In this document: piece after piece, positions 49,308 to 58,792 of the stretch
Position numbering within the stretch: the first letter of the stretch is position 1
Layout of the letters: each line of letters begins with the position of its first letter
Assembly (NCBI GenBank): GCA_037129475.1
Contig: JBAXUY010000003.1
Span: 8,398 to 72,397, forward strand
Direction: 5' to 3'
DNA from: Planctomycetia bacterium
GTDB lineage: Bacteria > Planctomycetota > Planctomycetia > Pirellulales > UBA1268
Length of the DNA: 64,000 bases
Position numbers and translations under genes: made by a program
The notes under the pieces: generated by a model
Database searches by the model: none
What the model was told of the DNA's origin: nothing
Seen by the model: the letters and a program-made list of their open reading frames with translations, nothing else

Positions 49308-50708
49308 ATGTCTCCGACGCTCTACGTGATCCTGCTCGCTTTCGTCGCCGGGATGGGCGGCCTCTTGTTCGGCTACGAGACGGCTGTCATTTCCGGAACC
49401 ACGGAGGCTCTTCAGGCGCATTTTCAAATCACGGACTTGCAGCTCGGTTGGGTGGCGGCAAGCGCACTGGCGGGATGCGTGGCAGGCGTTCTCGTGGCGG
49501 GCTGGTTTGCCGACCGATTCGGCCGCAAGGCGGGCATGATCGTCTCCGGCGTCCTTTTCGCCCTGGCGTCGATCGGCGCGGCCGTGGCTCCGAACGTCGA
49601 CGTGCTGATCGCAGCCCGCTTGATCGGCGGGGTCGGAGTCGGCATTGCCTCCATGGTGACGCCGTTGTACATCGCCGAGATTTCGCCCCCCGCGGTCCGC
49701 GGGGGGCTCGTCTCGCTCAATCAGATCGCGATCGTCACGGGCATGCTGTTCGCCTACCTGATGAACCGCAGCATCGTCGGCTGGGGCGATCAGGCGTGGA
49801 TGAACGTATCCGGGTGGCGGTGGATGTTTGGAATGATGCTCGCCCCGTCTGCCATTTTCCTGTTGCTTTCCCTCTTCGTCCCCGAAAGTCCCCGCTGGCT
49901 GGCCCAGCGGGGATTCCTCGATCGGGCCCGCGACCTGATCAATCGGATCGCAACTCCAGACCGGTCGAAGGAGGCGTTTGACGCCATCATCACGAGTCTC
50001 GCCGAGGCAGAGGGAACAGTCGGCGAGTTGTTCCGGCCCGGCGCTCGCGGAATCACGTTCATGAGCATGGTACTGGCCCTGTTCCAGGCCTTCACCGGCA
50101 TCAACATCGTCATGTACTACGCGCCGCGCATCTTTCTCAAGGCCGGCCTGGCGGCATCGGATGCCTACGGCCACTCGATCCTGATCGCGCTGGTGATGAT
50201 CGCCGCAACGGCGGTGTCGCTCGTGCTGGTGGATCGCGTCGGACGTCGGCCGATCATCCTGACCGCGTCGGCCGGCATGGGCATCTCGCTGCTCCTGATG
50301 GGCCTCGTCTACCCACGGGGCGACGAGGCGGCCGCGCCGCTGTCGATCCTTCCCGCATGGGTCGTCGCGCACCAGGGCATGATCCTCTTGCTGTGCACGC
50401 TGAGCTACGTGTCGTGGTTTTCCATGGGGATGGGAGGCATCTATTGGGTCGTCGTGTCCGAGATCTTTCCAAACCGGATCCGCGGCCGCGCGATGGCGCT
50501 GTCGGTCGTCTTCCTGTGGATCGGCAACTTCCTTGTCACGCAGTACTATCCGGTGATGCTCAGCCGACTCGGGGGCGATTCCTTCTTCGTGTTCGCCGCC
50601 GCCTGCCTGGCCTGCCTCGTGTTCGTAGCGGCGTGCGTGCCTGAAACGAAGGGCCGGTCACTGGAGTCCATCGAGGCCGAATTTTTCGGGCACCCCGGCA
50701 GCGCATAG
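49308..50708 (+). CDS. MFS sugar porter family transporter
   Basis: GGLLFGYETAVISG, DRFGRK, PLYIAEISPPAVRG, PESPRWL, PETKGRSLE are the sugar-porter signatures. Confidence 0.87.
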   Translation: MSPTLYVILLAFVAGMGGLLFGYETAVISGTTEALQAHFQITDLQLGWVAASALAGCVAGVLVAGWFADRFGRKAGMIVSGVLFALASIGAAVAPNVDVLIAARLIGGVGVGIASMVTPLYIAEISPPAVRGGLVSLNQIAIVTGMLFAYLMNRSIVGWGDQAWMNVSGWRWMFGMMLAPSAIFLLLSLFVPESPRWLAQRGFLDRARDLINRIATPDRSKEAFDAIITSLAEAEGTVGELFRPGARGITFMSMVLALFQAFTGINIVMYYAPRIFLKAGLAASDAYGHSILIALVMIAATAVSLVLVDRVGRRPIILTASAGMGISLLLMGLVYPRGDEAAAPLSILPAWVVAHQGMILLLCTLSYVSWFSMGMGGIYWVVVSEIFPNRIRGRAMALSVVFLWIGNFLVTQYYPVMLSRLGGDSFFVFAAACLACLVFVAACVPETKGRSLESIEAEFFGHPGSA

Positions 50709-50830
50709 CCGGCCCAATCTGCCCCCTTGGTCGTTTGCGGGATTGGCAACGCCAAAAATGTGCTGGAAGATCGTCGGTCGATATGCCCACGATTGTGTGT
50801 AGTATGGAGGCCTCAGGGAATCCTTCTCGT

Positions 50831-51541
50831 ATGAAGTCAGTGACCACCAAGGCCGGTGTCGAGAGCATGGGGCCCGCCGCTCTCGAAGAGCGACGCGGCC
50901 TGCGGCACGACATCGTCCGCCGAGTGCTGATCGAGATCTTCAGGGGACATCTCCCCCCAGGGACGCGTCTGATTACGCAGAAGCTTTCGAAGCAACTCGG
51001 CATCAGTGCCACGCCGCTTCGCGAAGCGCTCGTGGAACTCGAGGCGATCGGGATGGTCGAGATCAGCCACAACCGTGGGGCCGTCGCCGCCCCGTTCGGC
51101 CCTGAGCAGCTGCGCGGCATTTACCAGGTACGTCGGGTGCTGGAGAGCGAGGCGGCCCGCGGTGCTTTCGGGCGAATTGACCGCCAGATGCTCGAAACGC
51201 TCCGGGAGGAATTCGTCGCATACGCCCGTCGCCGGTCGAAGTCGGCCGCCTGGCTTCGCTCCGCCATGGAGGCCGATGGAAGGCTCCATAGCACGATCGC
51301 CGCCGCGTGTGGGAGCCCTCGTCTTGCCAGGGAGATCGACCGCTACGCCCTCCTCATGCAGACGATCAGCGCCGCGATTGGGAATCGGCATCACAGTCAG
51401 GAGGACGCTGTCAGGGAGCACATCGCGATCATCGACGCACTGCTTTCCGGAACCAGGGAAGACTGTGGCCGTGCCATGGCAAAGCACATCGATTCCACCG
51501 CAAAGCGCGTGATCACCGTGATGTTCGCCGGCCGCGAATAG
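50831..51541 (+). CDS. GntR family (FadR/FCD subfamily) transcriptional regulator
   Basis: LPPGTRLITQKLSKQLGISATPLREALVELEAIGMVEISHNRGAVV-type wHTH plus an FCD-like C-domain. Start Met uncertain (50783, 50804 or 50831). Confidence 0.8.
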   Translation: MKSVTTKAGVESMGPAALEERRGLRHDIVRRVLIEIFRGHLPPGTRLITQKLSKQLGISATPLREALVELEAIGMVEISHNRGAVAAPFGPEQLRGIYQVRRVLESEAARGAFGRIDRQMLETLREEFVAYARRRSKSAAWLRSAMEADGRLHSTIAAACGSPRLAREIDRYALLMQTISAAIGNRHHSQEDAVREHIAIIDALLSGTREDCGRAMAKHIDSTAKRVITVMFAGRE

Positions 51542-51543
51542 CG

Positions 51544-52623
51544 TCAGCCCAGCAGACCCATGCGAGGAATGCCCGCCGCGTCGGCGAGCGTCCCGAACTC
51601 CTCGACGAGACGCACGCCGAGGGGCACGCCGTCCACCAGACGCCGCTGTCGTTCGAGCACCTCCGGTTCTCCCGGGAACAGCACCCGGTCACACCCTCGC
51701 ATCGTCGGCATCTGCACCCACCGCGAAAGCATTTCGGTGAGCCGGACCTTGAACCGCTCCAGCGGCACGAACCGGGAGATGTCGATCGCGCCAATCATGC
51801 CGCCGAGGCGGCGGTGCTTTGTCAGGTCGCCGTACATCACCGGAATGTCGGGGCCGTATGGCGAATCGCTGAGCAGGCTGCAGAGGATGTCGATCGCCAG
51901 CCCGAGACCCGAGCCCTTGTGCTCGCCCACGGGGTAGAGGGCGTTGGCCGATTTCGGGCACGTGGTGTCGTTGCCGTCGGCGTCCACGGCCCAGCCGAGC
52001 GGGATCGGGATTGCTTCCATGATCGCGTTGGAGATGCTATTCCACGGTGTCTTGCTCGTCGCCATGTCGAGGCAAAAGGCTTCGATCGGGTGCCCGTCGA
52101 TCGAAACGGGCGCCGTGATGCACAGCGGGTTGGTGCCGCAGAATGGCAGCCGCGCCCCATGCGGCAGCACCATGGGGTCGACGTGCGTGAAGATCAAGCC
52201 GATCATGCCGTGGGCGGCGATCTGCTGCCCATACGACGCCAGCGCTCCGCAGTGGCTCGAGTTTCGCACGGTGACCCAGCCGGCGCCGGTGTCCCGGGCC
52301 AGCCGCACCGCCTCACCGGCTGCCCGATGCATGACCAGCTGGCCGAGACCATGGCCGCCGTCGACGATGCCGCACGACGGCGCCAGGCGGTCGAACGTGA
52401 TCGTGGGACGCGGGAGAACGCTGCCGCTGCGGATACGACGCAGGTAGTGGGGCACGCGGGCGACGCCGTGCGAGTCGATGCCTCGGAGGCTCGAGTCGAC
52501 GAGCGGTGCGGCGGCAAGCTCGGCATTCTCCTCACTGACCCCCGCCGCGACGAACAACTGCACGATGAACCGCGAGAGGTCCTTTGCATCGACTCGAACA
52601 CTGTCACAGACGATCTGTGGCAT
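51544..52623 (-). CDS. Ldh_2 family (malate/L-lactate/ureidoglycolate dehydrogenase type 2) oxidoreductase
   Basis: LRGIDSHGVARVPHYLRRIRSG..., ...SSHCGALASYG..., ...GEHKGSGLGLAIDIL... Confidence 0.85.
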   Translation of the reverse strand: MPQIVCDSVRVDAKDLSRFIVQLFVAAGVSEENAELAAAPLVDSSLRGIDSHGVARVPHYLRRIRSGSVLPRPTITFDRLAPSCGIVDGGHGLGQLVMHRAAGEAVRLARDTGAGWVTVRNSSHCGALASYGQQIAAHGMIGLIFTHVDPMVLPHGARLPFCGTNPLCITAPVSIDGHPIEAFCLDMATSKTPWNSISNAIMEAIPIPLGWAVDADGNDTTCPKSANALYPVGEHKGSGLGLAIDILCSLLSDSPYGPDIPVMYGDLTKHRRLGGMIGAIDISRFVPLERFKVRLTEMLSRWVQMPTMRGCDRVLFPGEPEVLERQRRLVDGVPLGVRLVEEFGTLADAAGIPRMGLLG

Positions 52624-52685
52624 TACCGCTCCTGCTCCAGGAGGCTGGGTCCTGCAAGCCTCTCGTGATGACGCAAGGGTAAACG

Positions 52686-52701
52686 AATATTATATAAAAT
52701 G
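52686..52701 (-). promoter_or_regulatory. 100% A/T box (complement reads CATTTTATATAATATT) upstream of the Ldh_2 gene
   Basis: Read directly in the divergent intergenic region 52624-52740, oriented toward the Ldh_2 start at 52623. Confidence 0.3.
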
Positions 52702-52740
52702 TCAACGGGCTGCGTTCCTCCACCGAGAGGGTTCTTCACC

Positions 52741-53619
52741 ATGAATCATCTGGTCAACGTGTGCGCCATCACGGTCGTGTTGGCTGCCACCCACGCGCCC
52801 GGTCAGGCGACGGAGCCCCGGGAGATCTTGCTCTGGCAGACGGGCGCACCTGAGCCGCGGGTGCCAGCGGATCCGCCTGAGGCGGTCGACAAGAAAGACG
52901 ACGGCATTTCACGGCGGCGAAACGTGTCGAACCCGCGGCTCGTCGTGTACGACGTTCCCTCGTCGGCCGCCGCGAAGCCACGCGGCGCCGTGCTCGTGGT
53001 ACCCGGTGGCGGCTTCGGCATTCTTGCCGACGAGCACGAGGGGTCCGACGCCTGCAGGTGGCTGAATGATCACGGGTTCGTCTCATTCCTCGTGCTCCAT
53101 CGCGTTCCGACCAACAAGAGCGCTTTGCCCAACGTCGCGCCGGTCCAAGACATCCAGAGAAGCGTGCAGGAAGTGCGTCGTCGCGCGGCTGAATTCAATG
53201 TCGATCCCGCGAAGATCGCCGTTCTCGGGTTTTCCGCCGGGGGGCAGGCCACGCTGGTGGCCGCCACGAGCAAGCCGGCTTTTCCAGCCGATCTGACCGA
53301 CCCCACGAGGCCCGATGCGGTGTTGCTCCTCTACCCATGGAAGATCGTCGGCGACGGGAACACGGGTCTGCGGTCCGACGTGATGATCGACGCCGACACG
53401 CCGCCGATGTTCATCGCCCAGTGCGGCGACGATCCCGGGTCGCTGCCGCAAGGCTCGGCTCACCTGTATCTCAAGCTCGTGGAGGCGAAGGTGCCGGCCG
53501 AAATTCACATCTACGAAAAGGGGGGGCACGGGTTCGGCCTCAAGGCGAACAACTCGCTTCCCGGCACGTTTGATTGGAAGGCCCGGGCGATCGAGTGGCT
53601 TCGCCTGCACGGCTGGTGA
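52741..53619 (+). CDS. Secreted alpha/beta hydrolase (esterase/lipase-like)
   Basis: Signal peptide MNHLVNVCAITVVLAATHAPG. VVPGGGF, GFSAGG (GxSxG nucleophile elbow), GGHGF. Confidence 0.75.
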   Translation: MNHLVNVCAITVVLAATHAPGQATEPREILLWQTGAPEPRVPADPPEAVDKKDDGISRRRNVSNPRLVVYDVPSSAAAKPRGAVLVVPGGGFGILADEHEGSDACRWLNDHGFVSFLVLHRVPTNKSALPNVAPVQDIQRSVQEVRRRAAEFNVDPAKIAVLGFSAGGQATLVAATSKPAFPADLTDPTRPDAVLLLYPWKIVGDGNTGLRSDVMIDADTPPMFIAQCGDDPGSLPQGSAHLYLKLVEAKVPAEIHIYEKGGHGFGLKANNSLPGTFDWKARAIEWLRLHGW

Positions 53620-53627
53620 CGGCTGGG

Positions 53628-56600
53628 CTATCGAGACGTGGCAATGCTCACGCCCATGAGGCCGATCACCACTTCCTCCGAGAGACACTCGAGTGTCACG
53701 CTTTCGAGTGGCACATCCCGCCGCAGCTTCCAGCCGTAGACCATGGCCCGGCAGCTACTCCCCAACTGCACCTGGGCCGGCGGCTCCTCGGGGAGTGAAA
53801 ACGCCTCCGATTTGTAGTCGTAGTCCTTGGAGTGCCCGAAATCACAGAGTGACCAGAACGTGTAGGGTGGTATCAGTTCCAGGTCTTCCTTCACGCCATC
53901 GGCATATTCGAACCGTACGACCGCGTTGGCGATCCGCACCTGCATGGGGTTGGTCGAGCCGCAGATCATGAGCCATGCCGAATCACCATGCCGGTTCACC
54001 GGAACAGTAATTTTTCTCGGCCAGTTGTCCCAGAGACTGGTGAAGGCGATGTTTCTGTCTCCAGGCTTCCACAGAAACGCGGCCCCCTGAGGCACCTGCA
54101 GCATCCCCTCTGCCACCGTCAGCGGTTCAGGGAGATCCTTGGGCAGCTTCACGGGCACGTCCTGCAGCAGGAGCGGCGGCACGCCGGCGACACTCGAAGC
54201 CATTTCCGCGTGATCCGACTCGCCGATGCGCCAGTCTGCCGCTGTTCCCGCCAGCGGCGGAGCGTCGCTGCCGCGTCCCTTGAGTTGCTCGATGCCCACG
54301 ACTCCCCGGGAGATCGTGACCCGTTCGATCCTGCCGAGAAGCCTCTTCTCACCGCGATGATCGGCCCCCAATCTGAGCTTCGGGCCCAGCGCCACGGCGG
54401 CCAGGTCAATCATTTCCGGCTTCCGGCCGTAGCTCTCCCCGTTGATGTACATCGCCACCTGTTCGCCGGAGCGAACGGTCACGGCCAGGTGGGTCGAGCG
54501 ATCGCCTTGGAGCACCGGCCAGGTGTAAAGCGACGTCTTGCCCGCCTGCAGCCGCAGCGTTCGCGCGACCGGAGTATTTTCGACGACGAGATCCCCGAGT
54601 TCCAGGATCCGTCCGTTGACGAACGAGGCCATGTCCGCCTGCACCCAGACTTCCACCGTGAAATCCCCGCCGAGCTTCAGGTCGCCGATCTCCGCCTCGA
54701 AGACCGGCGCCGGCCGCCGCGGCCAGGTGTTGGAGACGTCGATCCCAGGCGGCTGTTTCTGCACGTACGCCGCGTGCCAGGTTCCATACGCATGCCGGTC
54801 CAGCCGTGCGGAACTCGTATCGGGGCGGGGCGAGAGGTACTCCTGGCGAAATAGCGCGCCGACGTGTGCGTTGAATTGCTCGCCCATGTCGATGCCGGTC
54901 CAGAGGGCACCGGTTGGTGCATGACGCAGGTTCTTCTCCGCAGCCACGTGCTCCGCTTCGCGATCCCGAACCAAAAAATCGAAAATTCGCCACTGCGAAG
55001 CCTCGCCCGTCTGCACGACGGCCAGCAGCCGGTGGTGGCCCGCATTTCGGGCCACGCGGCCGCTTGCCTTGCCATCCACCAGGTTCACGTCCTCCAGAAC
55101 ACCCTGTGCATCCTTCAGTTCGGTGATCGGCCCACCCGCCGACGTCAACTCAACATGGGATCCACAGTCCACTTCTCGAAACTCCACCGTGGCTGGCGGC
55201 AGCTCACGCGCCACCTCCAACACGAGGTGCGCCTTCTTCAGCACGGGAGTGCGCACCACGCAGATGGAACGACCGAATCCGGGCGTGATCGTCACCGGCA
55301 CCCTGTCGCCGTTGAGGCTCACCGACTCGAGGGCCGCGGCGCGGAAGGGCAGCTGCAGCTCCAAAGCCGACTCGCGTTGCAGCTCCACGGTCAACCGCTG
55401 TGTGTTCCCCTCGCGTCGGTAGTCGAGCCGGAATTCCGGATGGCTCAGCGCCGCATCGTCCCACTCGGTCGGAAACTGCGGGGCGATCGTGACGAGATCA
55501 TTGGGCCGGTCCGGCCGATAGCCGAAGACGCCGGAGACCGCAGCCCGCGCGAACGGCGCGAGAAAATCGGTGAAGTCCACGCCCGTCCAGGGCTCCCCGA
55601 AATTGCCGGGTACAGGTGACTCGAAGGCGGTCTCGCCGAGACAGCCCCGGATGATGTCCATCGCGTTATCCGGCATCCCGGCCAGGCAATAGTCGAAAGC
55701 CAGGTGATGCTCCTCGCCTGGGGAGCGGGTCCTGATCGACCAAATTCCGGGCACCCAGTTGGACGGGCAGACCCGCACGCCGCCCCCGGGCCGGCGCTCG
55801 CGATCGAGCCCGTATTCCGTGAAGTGCAGCGTCGACGCCATCTGTTCCGGCGTGAACAGCCCCGGGCAGTCCAGCGCATGGACGATGCTCGGCAGCCAGG
55901 GATCCGGGTGCAGCCGGCGGTGTCCTCCCTGCTCGCGATAGGCCCCAGGATGGCCCGCCTTTTCCACCCACACAGCCTCGAAGAACCCCTTACGGATCAA
56001 CGCAAGCGACGCTTCATGCCGCTCGACCGCCGCCTGATCCCCCGCCCGCCGAGCCATGTCCCGCGCCGCCAGGTGGCCGCGGTAGGCGAAGGCCGTCTCT
56101 TCGGCCGTGTCTCCGCCGTTATACCACTGGTTGTCGGTGAGGTACGTGTTGATGAAGCTCTCATAGGCCCCGTTTCCATCGGGATCGAAACAGCGGCGGA
56201 TATAGTCCAGATGCAGTTCGAGCGCGGGCCGCAGGATCTTTTCCAGTTCCGGATCGGCGGTGAATCGCCAATCTTCGATCACCTGATCGAAGAAGATCGA
56301 CTGCATGTCGTACATCGTCGACATGGCATCGGGAATGAGTCGCCCCTTGCCGAGATATCGCGGGTCTCCGCCCGGATGCGTGATGGTCGCCTCGTAGCGT
56401 TTGAGCGCGGTGTTGTTTTCGACACGCGCCCGCAAGTCCGGGTGATCCCGGTAGCTCTCGCCGGTCACCTGCGAGGCGAAGAAATGCCGCGCAGCGGTCA
56501 GCACCCGCTCGTGCCAGCCATAGGCCATGCCGCCGATGACGGTCCGCCAGCCGAGGAACGGGCTCGGATAGGGGCCGCTGCCTCCGTGGGCGTACGCCCG

Positions 56601-57566
56601 GCCCCGCCACACGCCGTCCAATGCCGCGCTTGCCGCCCGCACCATGAAATCGAACCGGGCATCGGGCGTCCGGCTGACCACGCGATTATTCAGCGATTCC
56701 ACCCGCTCCCAGGCAGCCGGGAATTCGGTAGCGACATTCGGCGCCGCCGCCTGCTTGTCCGTTTCCGCCCAGGCGCGGGCGATCCAGGTGATCGGTTCCG
56801 GGCCTTCGATCGGCGTCAGCCCGCAGGCCACCGGGCACCTGTCGGCGGTGCTGGCAAGCAACTGGCCGGGCGTCTTCCAACTCTGGGCGTCGGCGACGCG
56901 CACCTCCGACGCGGCGCTGCACGCGGCGAGGGTAAAGCGAAAGCGATCGCCGCGCGGTGGCTCCAGGCGGATCACGCCCGCCGTCACCTCGACGCGATCG
57001 CCCTGGGCGTGCACCGGCGCGAAGCCCTGGTATCGCGGTTCACGCGTGACGAGCGTGTCGATCGCGGCAATTCGCTCGTTTCGGGAGGCGCCGCCGAGCA
57101 TCCACACCAGCCGATCTCCCGCCGCCGCACCGGTCGCGTTCGCTTGAGCTGCCATGCCCAGCCCGGTCGCCAGCGGCAAGGCGTGGAGCGAGATCGTCAC
57201 GCCGGGGAAGGCCGGGTCGCTCGCCACCCACTCCACCCGCCCGCCGTGATACCGAAACTCGATTGACTCGAAGTCGAGCAGCCACTTGCCCTCGCCGCCC
57301 TGTTTCTGGAATCCGAGCACAAAACAACCATCCATCCAGGGATGGCCGCCGAACCGTACCAGCGGCCGATCCCCGGTGAACACGTAGTAGTACGGCAGGC
57401 TTAGATCGGTCGGGTTGGCATAGAGGGGCCGATTGTTGAAGTAGACGCCGTTGCGGCGAACGATCGCGCCGTTCTCGAACAGTCCAGGAGCGTTGTCGCT
57501 CTCCGCCGCGACGGCAGCCAATGCACAGAGAGCCATCACGAACCCGGCGAACGAACGAGCGATCAT
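53628..57566 (-). CDS. Large secreted multidomain protein (~1312 aa): six-hairpin glycoside-hydrolase-like region + LamG-like domain; family not confidently recognised
   Basis: Signal peptide MIARSFAGFVMALCALAAVAAE. A central region with (alpha/alpha)6-like motifs (DPDGNGAYESFINTYLTDNQWYNGGDTAEETAFAYRG). A LamG-like segment (FTVEVWVQAD...THLAVTVRSGEQVAMYINGE). Confidence 0.6.
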   Translation of the reverse strand: MIARSFAGFVMALCALAAVAAESDNAPGLFENGAIVRRNGVYFNNRPLYANPTDLSLPYYYVFTGDRPLVRFGGHPWMDGCFVLGFQKQGGEGKWLLDFESIEFRYHGGRVEWVASDPAFPGVTISLHALPLATGLGMAAQANATGAAAGDRLVWMLGGASRNERIAAIDTLVTREPRYQGFAPVHAQGDRVEVTAGVIRLEPPRGDRFRFTLAACSAASEVRVADAQSWKTPGQLLASTADRCPVACGLTPIEGPEPITWIARAWAETDKQAAAPNVATEFPAAWERVESLNNRVVSRTPDARFDFMVRAASAALDGVWRGRAYAHGGSGPYPSPFLGWRTVIGGMAYGWHERVLTAARHFFASQVTGESYRDHPDLRARVENNTALKRYEATITHPGGDPRYLGKGRLIPDAMSTMYDMQSIFFDQVIEDWRFTADPELEKILRPALELHLDYIRRCFDPDGNGAYESFINTYLTDNQWYNGGDTAEETAFAYRGHLAARDMARRAGDQAAVERHEASLALIRKGFFEAVWVEKAGHPGAYREQGGHRRLHPDPWLPSIVHALDCPGLFTPEQMASTLHFTEYGLDRERRPGGGVRVCPSNWVPGIWSIRTRSPGEEHHLAFDYCLAGMPDNAMDIIRGCLGETAFESPVPGNFGEPWTGVDFTDFLAPFARAAVSGVFGYRPDRPNDLVTIAPQFPTEWDDAALSHPEFRLDYRREGNTQRLTVELQRESALELQLPFRAAALESVSLNGDRVPVTITPGFGRSICVVRTPVLKKAHLVLEVARELPPATVEFREVDCGSHVELTSAGGPITELKDAQGVLEDVNLVDGKASGRVARNAGHHRLLAVVQTGEASQWRIFDFLVRDREAEHVAAEKNLRHAPTGALWTGIDMGEQFNAHVGALFRQEYLSPRPDTSSARLDRHAYGTWHAAYVQKQPPGIDVSNTWPRRPAPVFEAEIGDLKLGGDFTVEVWVQADMASFVNGRILELGDLVVENTPVARTLRLQAGKTSLYTWPVLQGDRSTHLAVTVRSGEQVAMYINGESYGRKPEMIDLAAVALGPKLRLGADHRGEKRLLGRIERVTISRGVVGIEQLKGRGSDAPPLAGTAADWRIGESDHAEMASSVAGVPPLLLQDVPVKLPKDLPEPLTVAEGMLQVPQGAAFLWKPGDRNIAFTSLWDNWPRKITVPVNRHGDSAWLMICGSTNPMQVRIANAVVRFEYADGVKEDLELIPPYTFWSLCDFGHSKDYDYKSEAFSLPEEPPAQVQLGSSCRAMVYGWKLRRDVPLESVTLECLSEEVVIGLMGVSIATSR

Positions 57567-57654
57567 GGCTGGCGGTCCTTCATGGTCGGATGGCACTACG
57601 GGATCGCTGCGAACGATGCCGCGGCTTCGATCTGTCTCGGCAAAGGCACCGACG

Positions 57655-58731
57655 TCAATAGCTCCCGATCGCCTGCCCGTCGGCCTTGGCTCCGAGCCGC
57701 TGAAGCGTCTCGTGGTCGATGTTTTCCGAAAGGAACACGACTGCTCCATCGGCCATCAGAAAGCCGACGCCCCCCGGGTGCCGCGAGCGAAAGCCATACG
57801 AAAGCCAGTTGCCGTTGAACGGCTTCTGGCAGTCGGGCACGCCATTCCCCAGCGATCCCGGATCGCACGTGTCGTAGTTGAGTGGCACGAGCGTGTTGCC
57901 ACGGCCGTTGCTGTTGGGAGTGAATCCCCAGCCAAGGAACAGCCAGAAAGAGCAATCCGGCCTGGCCTCGCCGAAGGCGATGGTTTTCGAGAGGCCGTCC
58001 GAGATCTCCCGGAGACGGCAGCGACCGGCGGCAAAGCCGGGAAATGGCTTCCCATAATACTGCGAATTCCCGACGCCGACCGCGTAATACAGCGACGAGA
58101 ACACGCCCGGCATCTGGTTTATGCCCGTCAACTTCTGCGCCGCCGTGCCGAACAGATTGAACGAGTTGACCGTTCCCGGGCACGAGGCATTCGCCCACAT
58201 GGTCCACGGCCCGACGCAGCCGATGTAGTTGAGACGCGACCGCGCATATCCGAAGAGTGAGCTGCACGTCGCAGGCAACGCCCCCGCCGCCTGGTCTGAA
58301 GGGCAAACATAGGTCGGTATCGACAGGCTGCTGACACGCTTGGTGGTTCCCGGCACGACAGCCTGGTCCTGGTTAAAAGCCGGAACCGAGTCATACGCAA
58401 ACACGGGCTCCGACATGTTGTAGTAGTCGTACACTCGCTGCTGTTCGATATAGGGCAGCAGGTACATCGTCGTCGAGCCGTGGGAGAAGGAGTTTCCGTT
58501 GGTACCCACGACCGAGGTTTCACCGCCCGGGAAGGAATCCTTTCTGGAATGGGCGTACCCGTGCAGCCCGATGCCGATTTGCTTGAGGTTGTTCTGGCAG
58601 TGCGCACGACGCGATGACTCGCGCACCGACTGGACCGCAGGCAGGAGAATCGCGACCAGCAAGCCGATGATCCCGATCACCACGAGCAACTCGATCAGCG
58701 TAAAACCACGGCGGTGTTCCACGGCGTTCAT
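57655..58731 (-). CDS. DUF1559 protein with prepilin-type N-terminal cleavage/methylation domain
   Basis: [52 protein letters not shown]..., C-terminal ...[22 protein letters not shown]. Confidence 0.87.
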   Translation of the reverse strand: MNAVEHRRGFTLIELLVVIGIIGLLVAILLPAVQSVRESSRRAHCQNNLKQIGIGLHGYAHSRKDSFPGGETSVVGTNGNSFSHGSTTMYLLPYIEQQRVYDYYNMSEPVFAYDSVPAFNQDQAVVPGTTKRVSSLSIPTYVCPSDQAAGALPATCSSLFGYARSRLNYIGCVGPWTMWANASCPGTVNSFNLFGTAAQKLTGINQMPGVFSSLYYAVGVGNSQYYGKPFPGFAAGRCRLREISDGLSKTIAFGEARPDCSFWLFLGWGFTPNSNGRGNTLVPLNYDTCDPGSLGNGVPDCQKPFNGNWLSYGFRSRHPGGVGFLMADGAVVFLSENIDHETLQRLGAKADGQAIGSY

Positions 58732-58749
58732 CCGAGTTGGTGCGGCCGC

Positions 58750-58768
58750 CCGCCTGCTTCGCAGGCGG
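58750..58768 (-). other. Intergenic 8-bp-stem hairpin between the PEP-CTERM gene and the DUF1559 gene
   Basis: CCGCCTGC-TTC-GCAGGCGG read directly. No U-run. Confidence 0.25.
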
Positions 58769-58792
58769 AGATTCGCTTTCCACGGAAGCATG

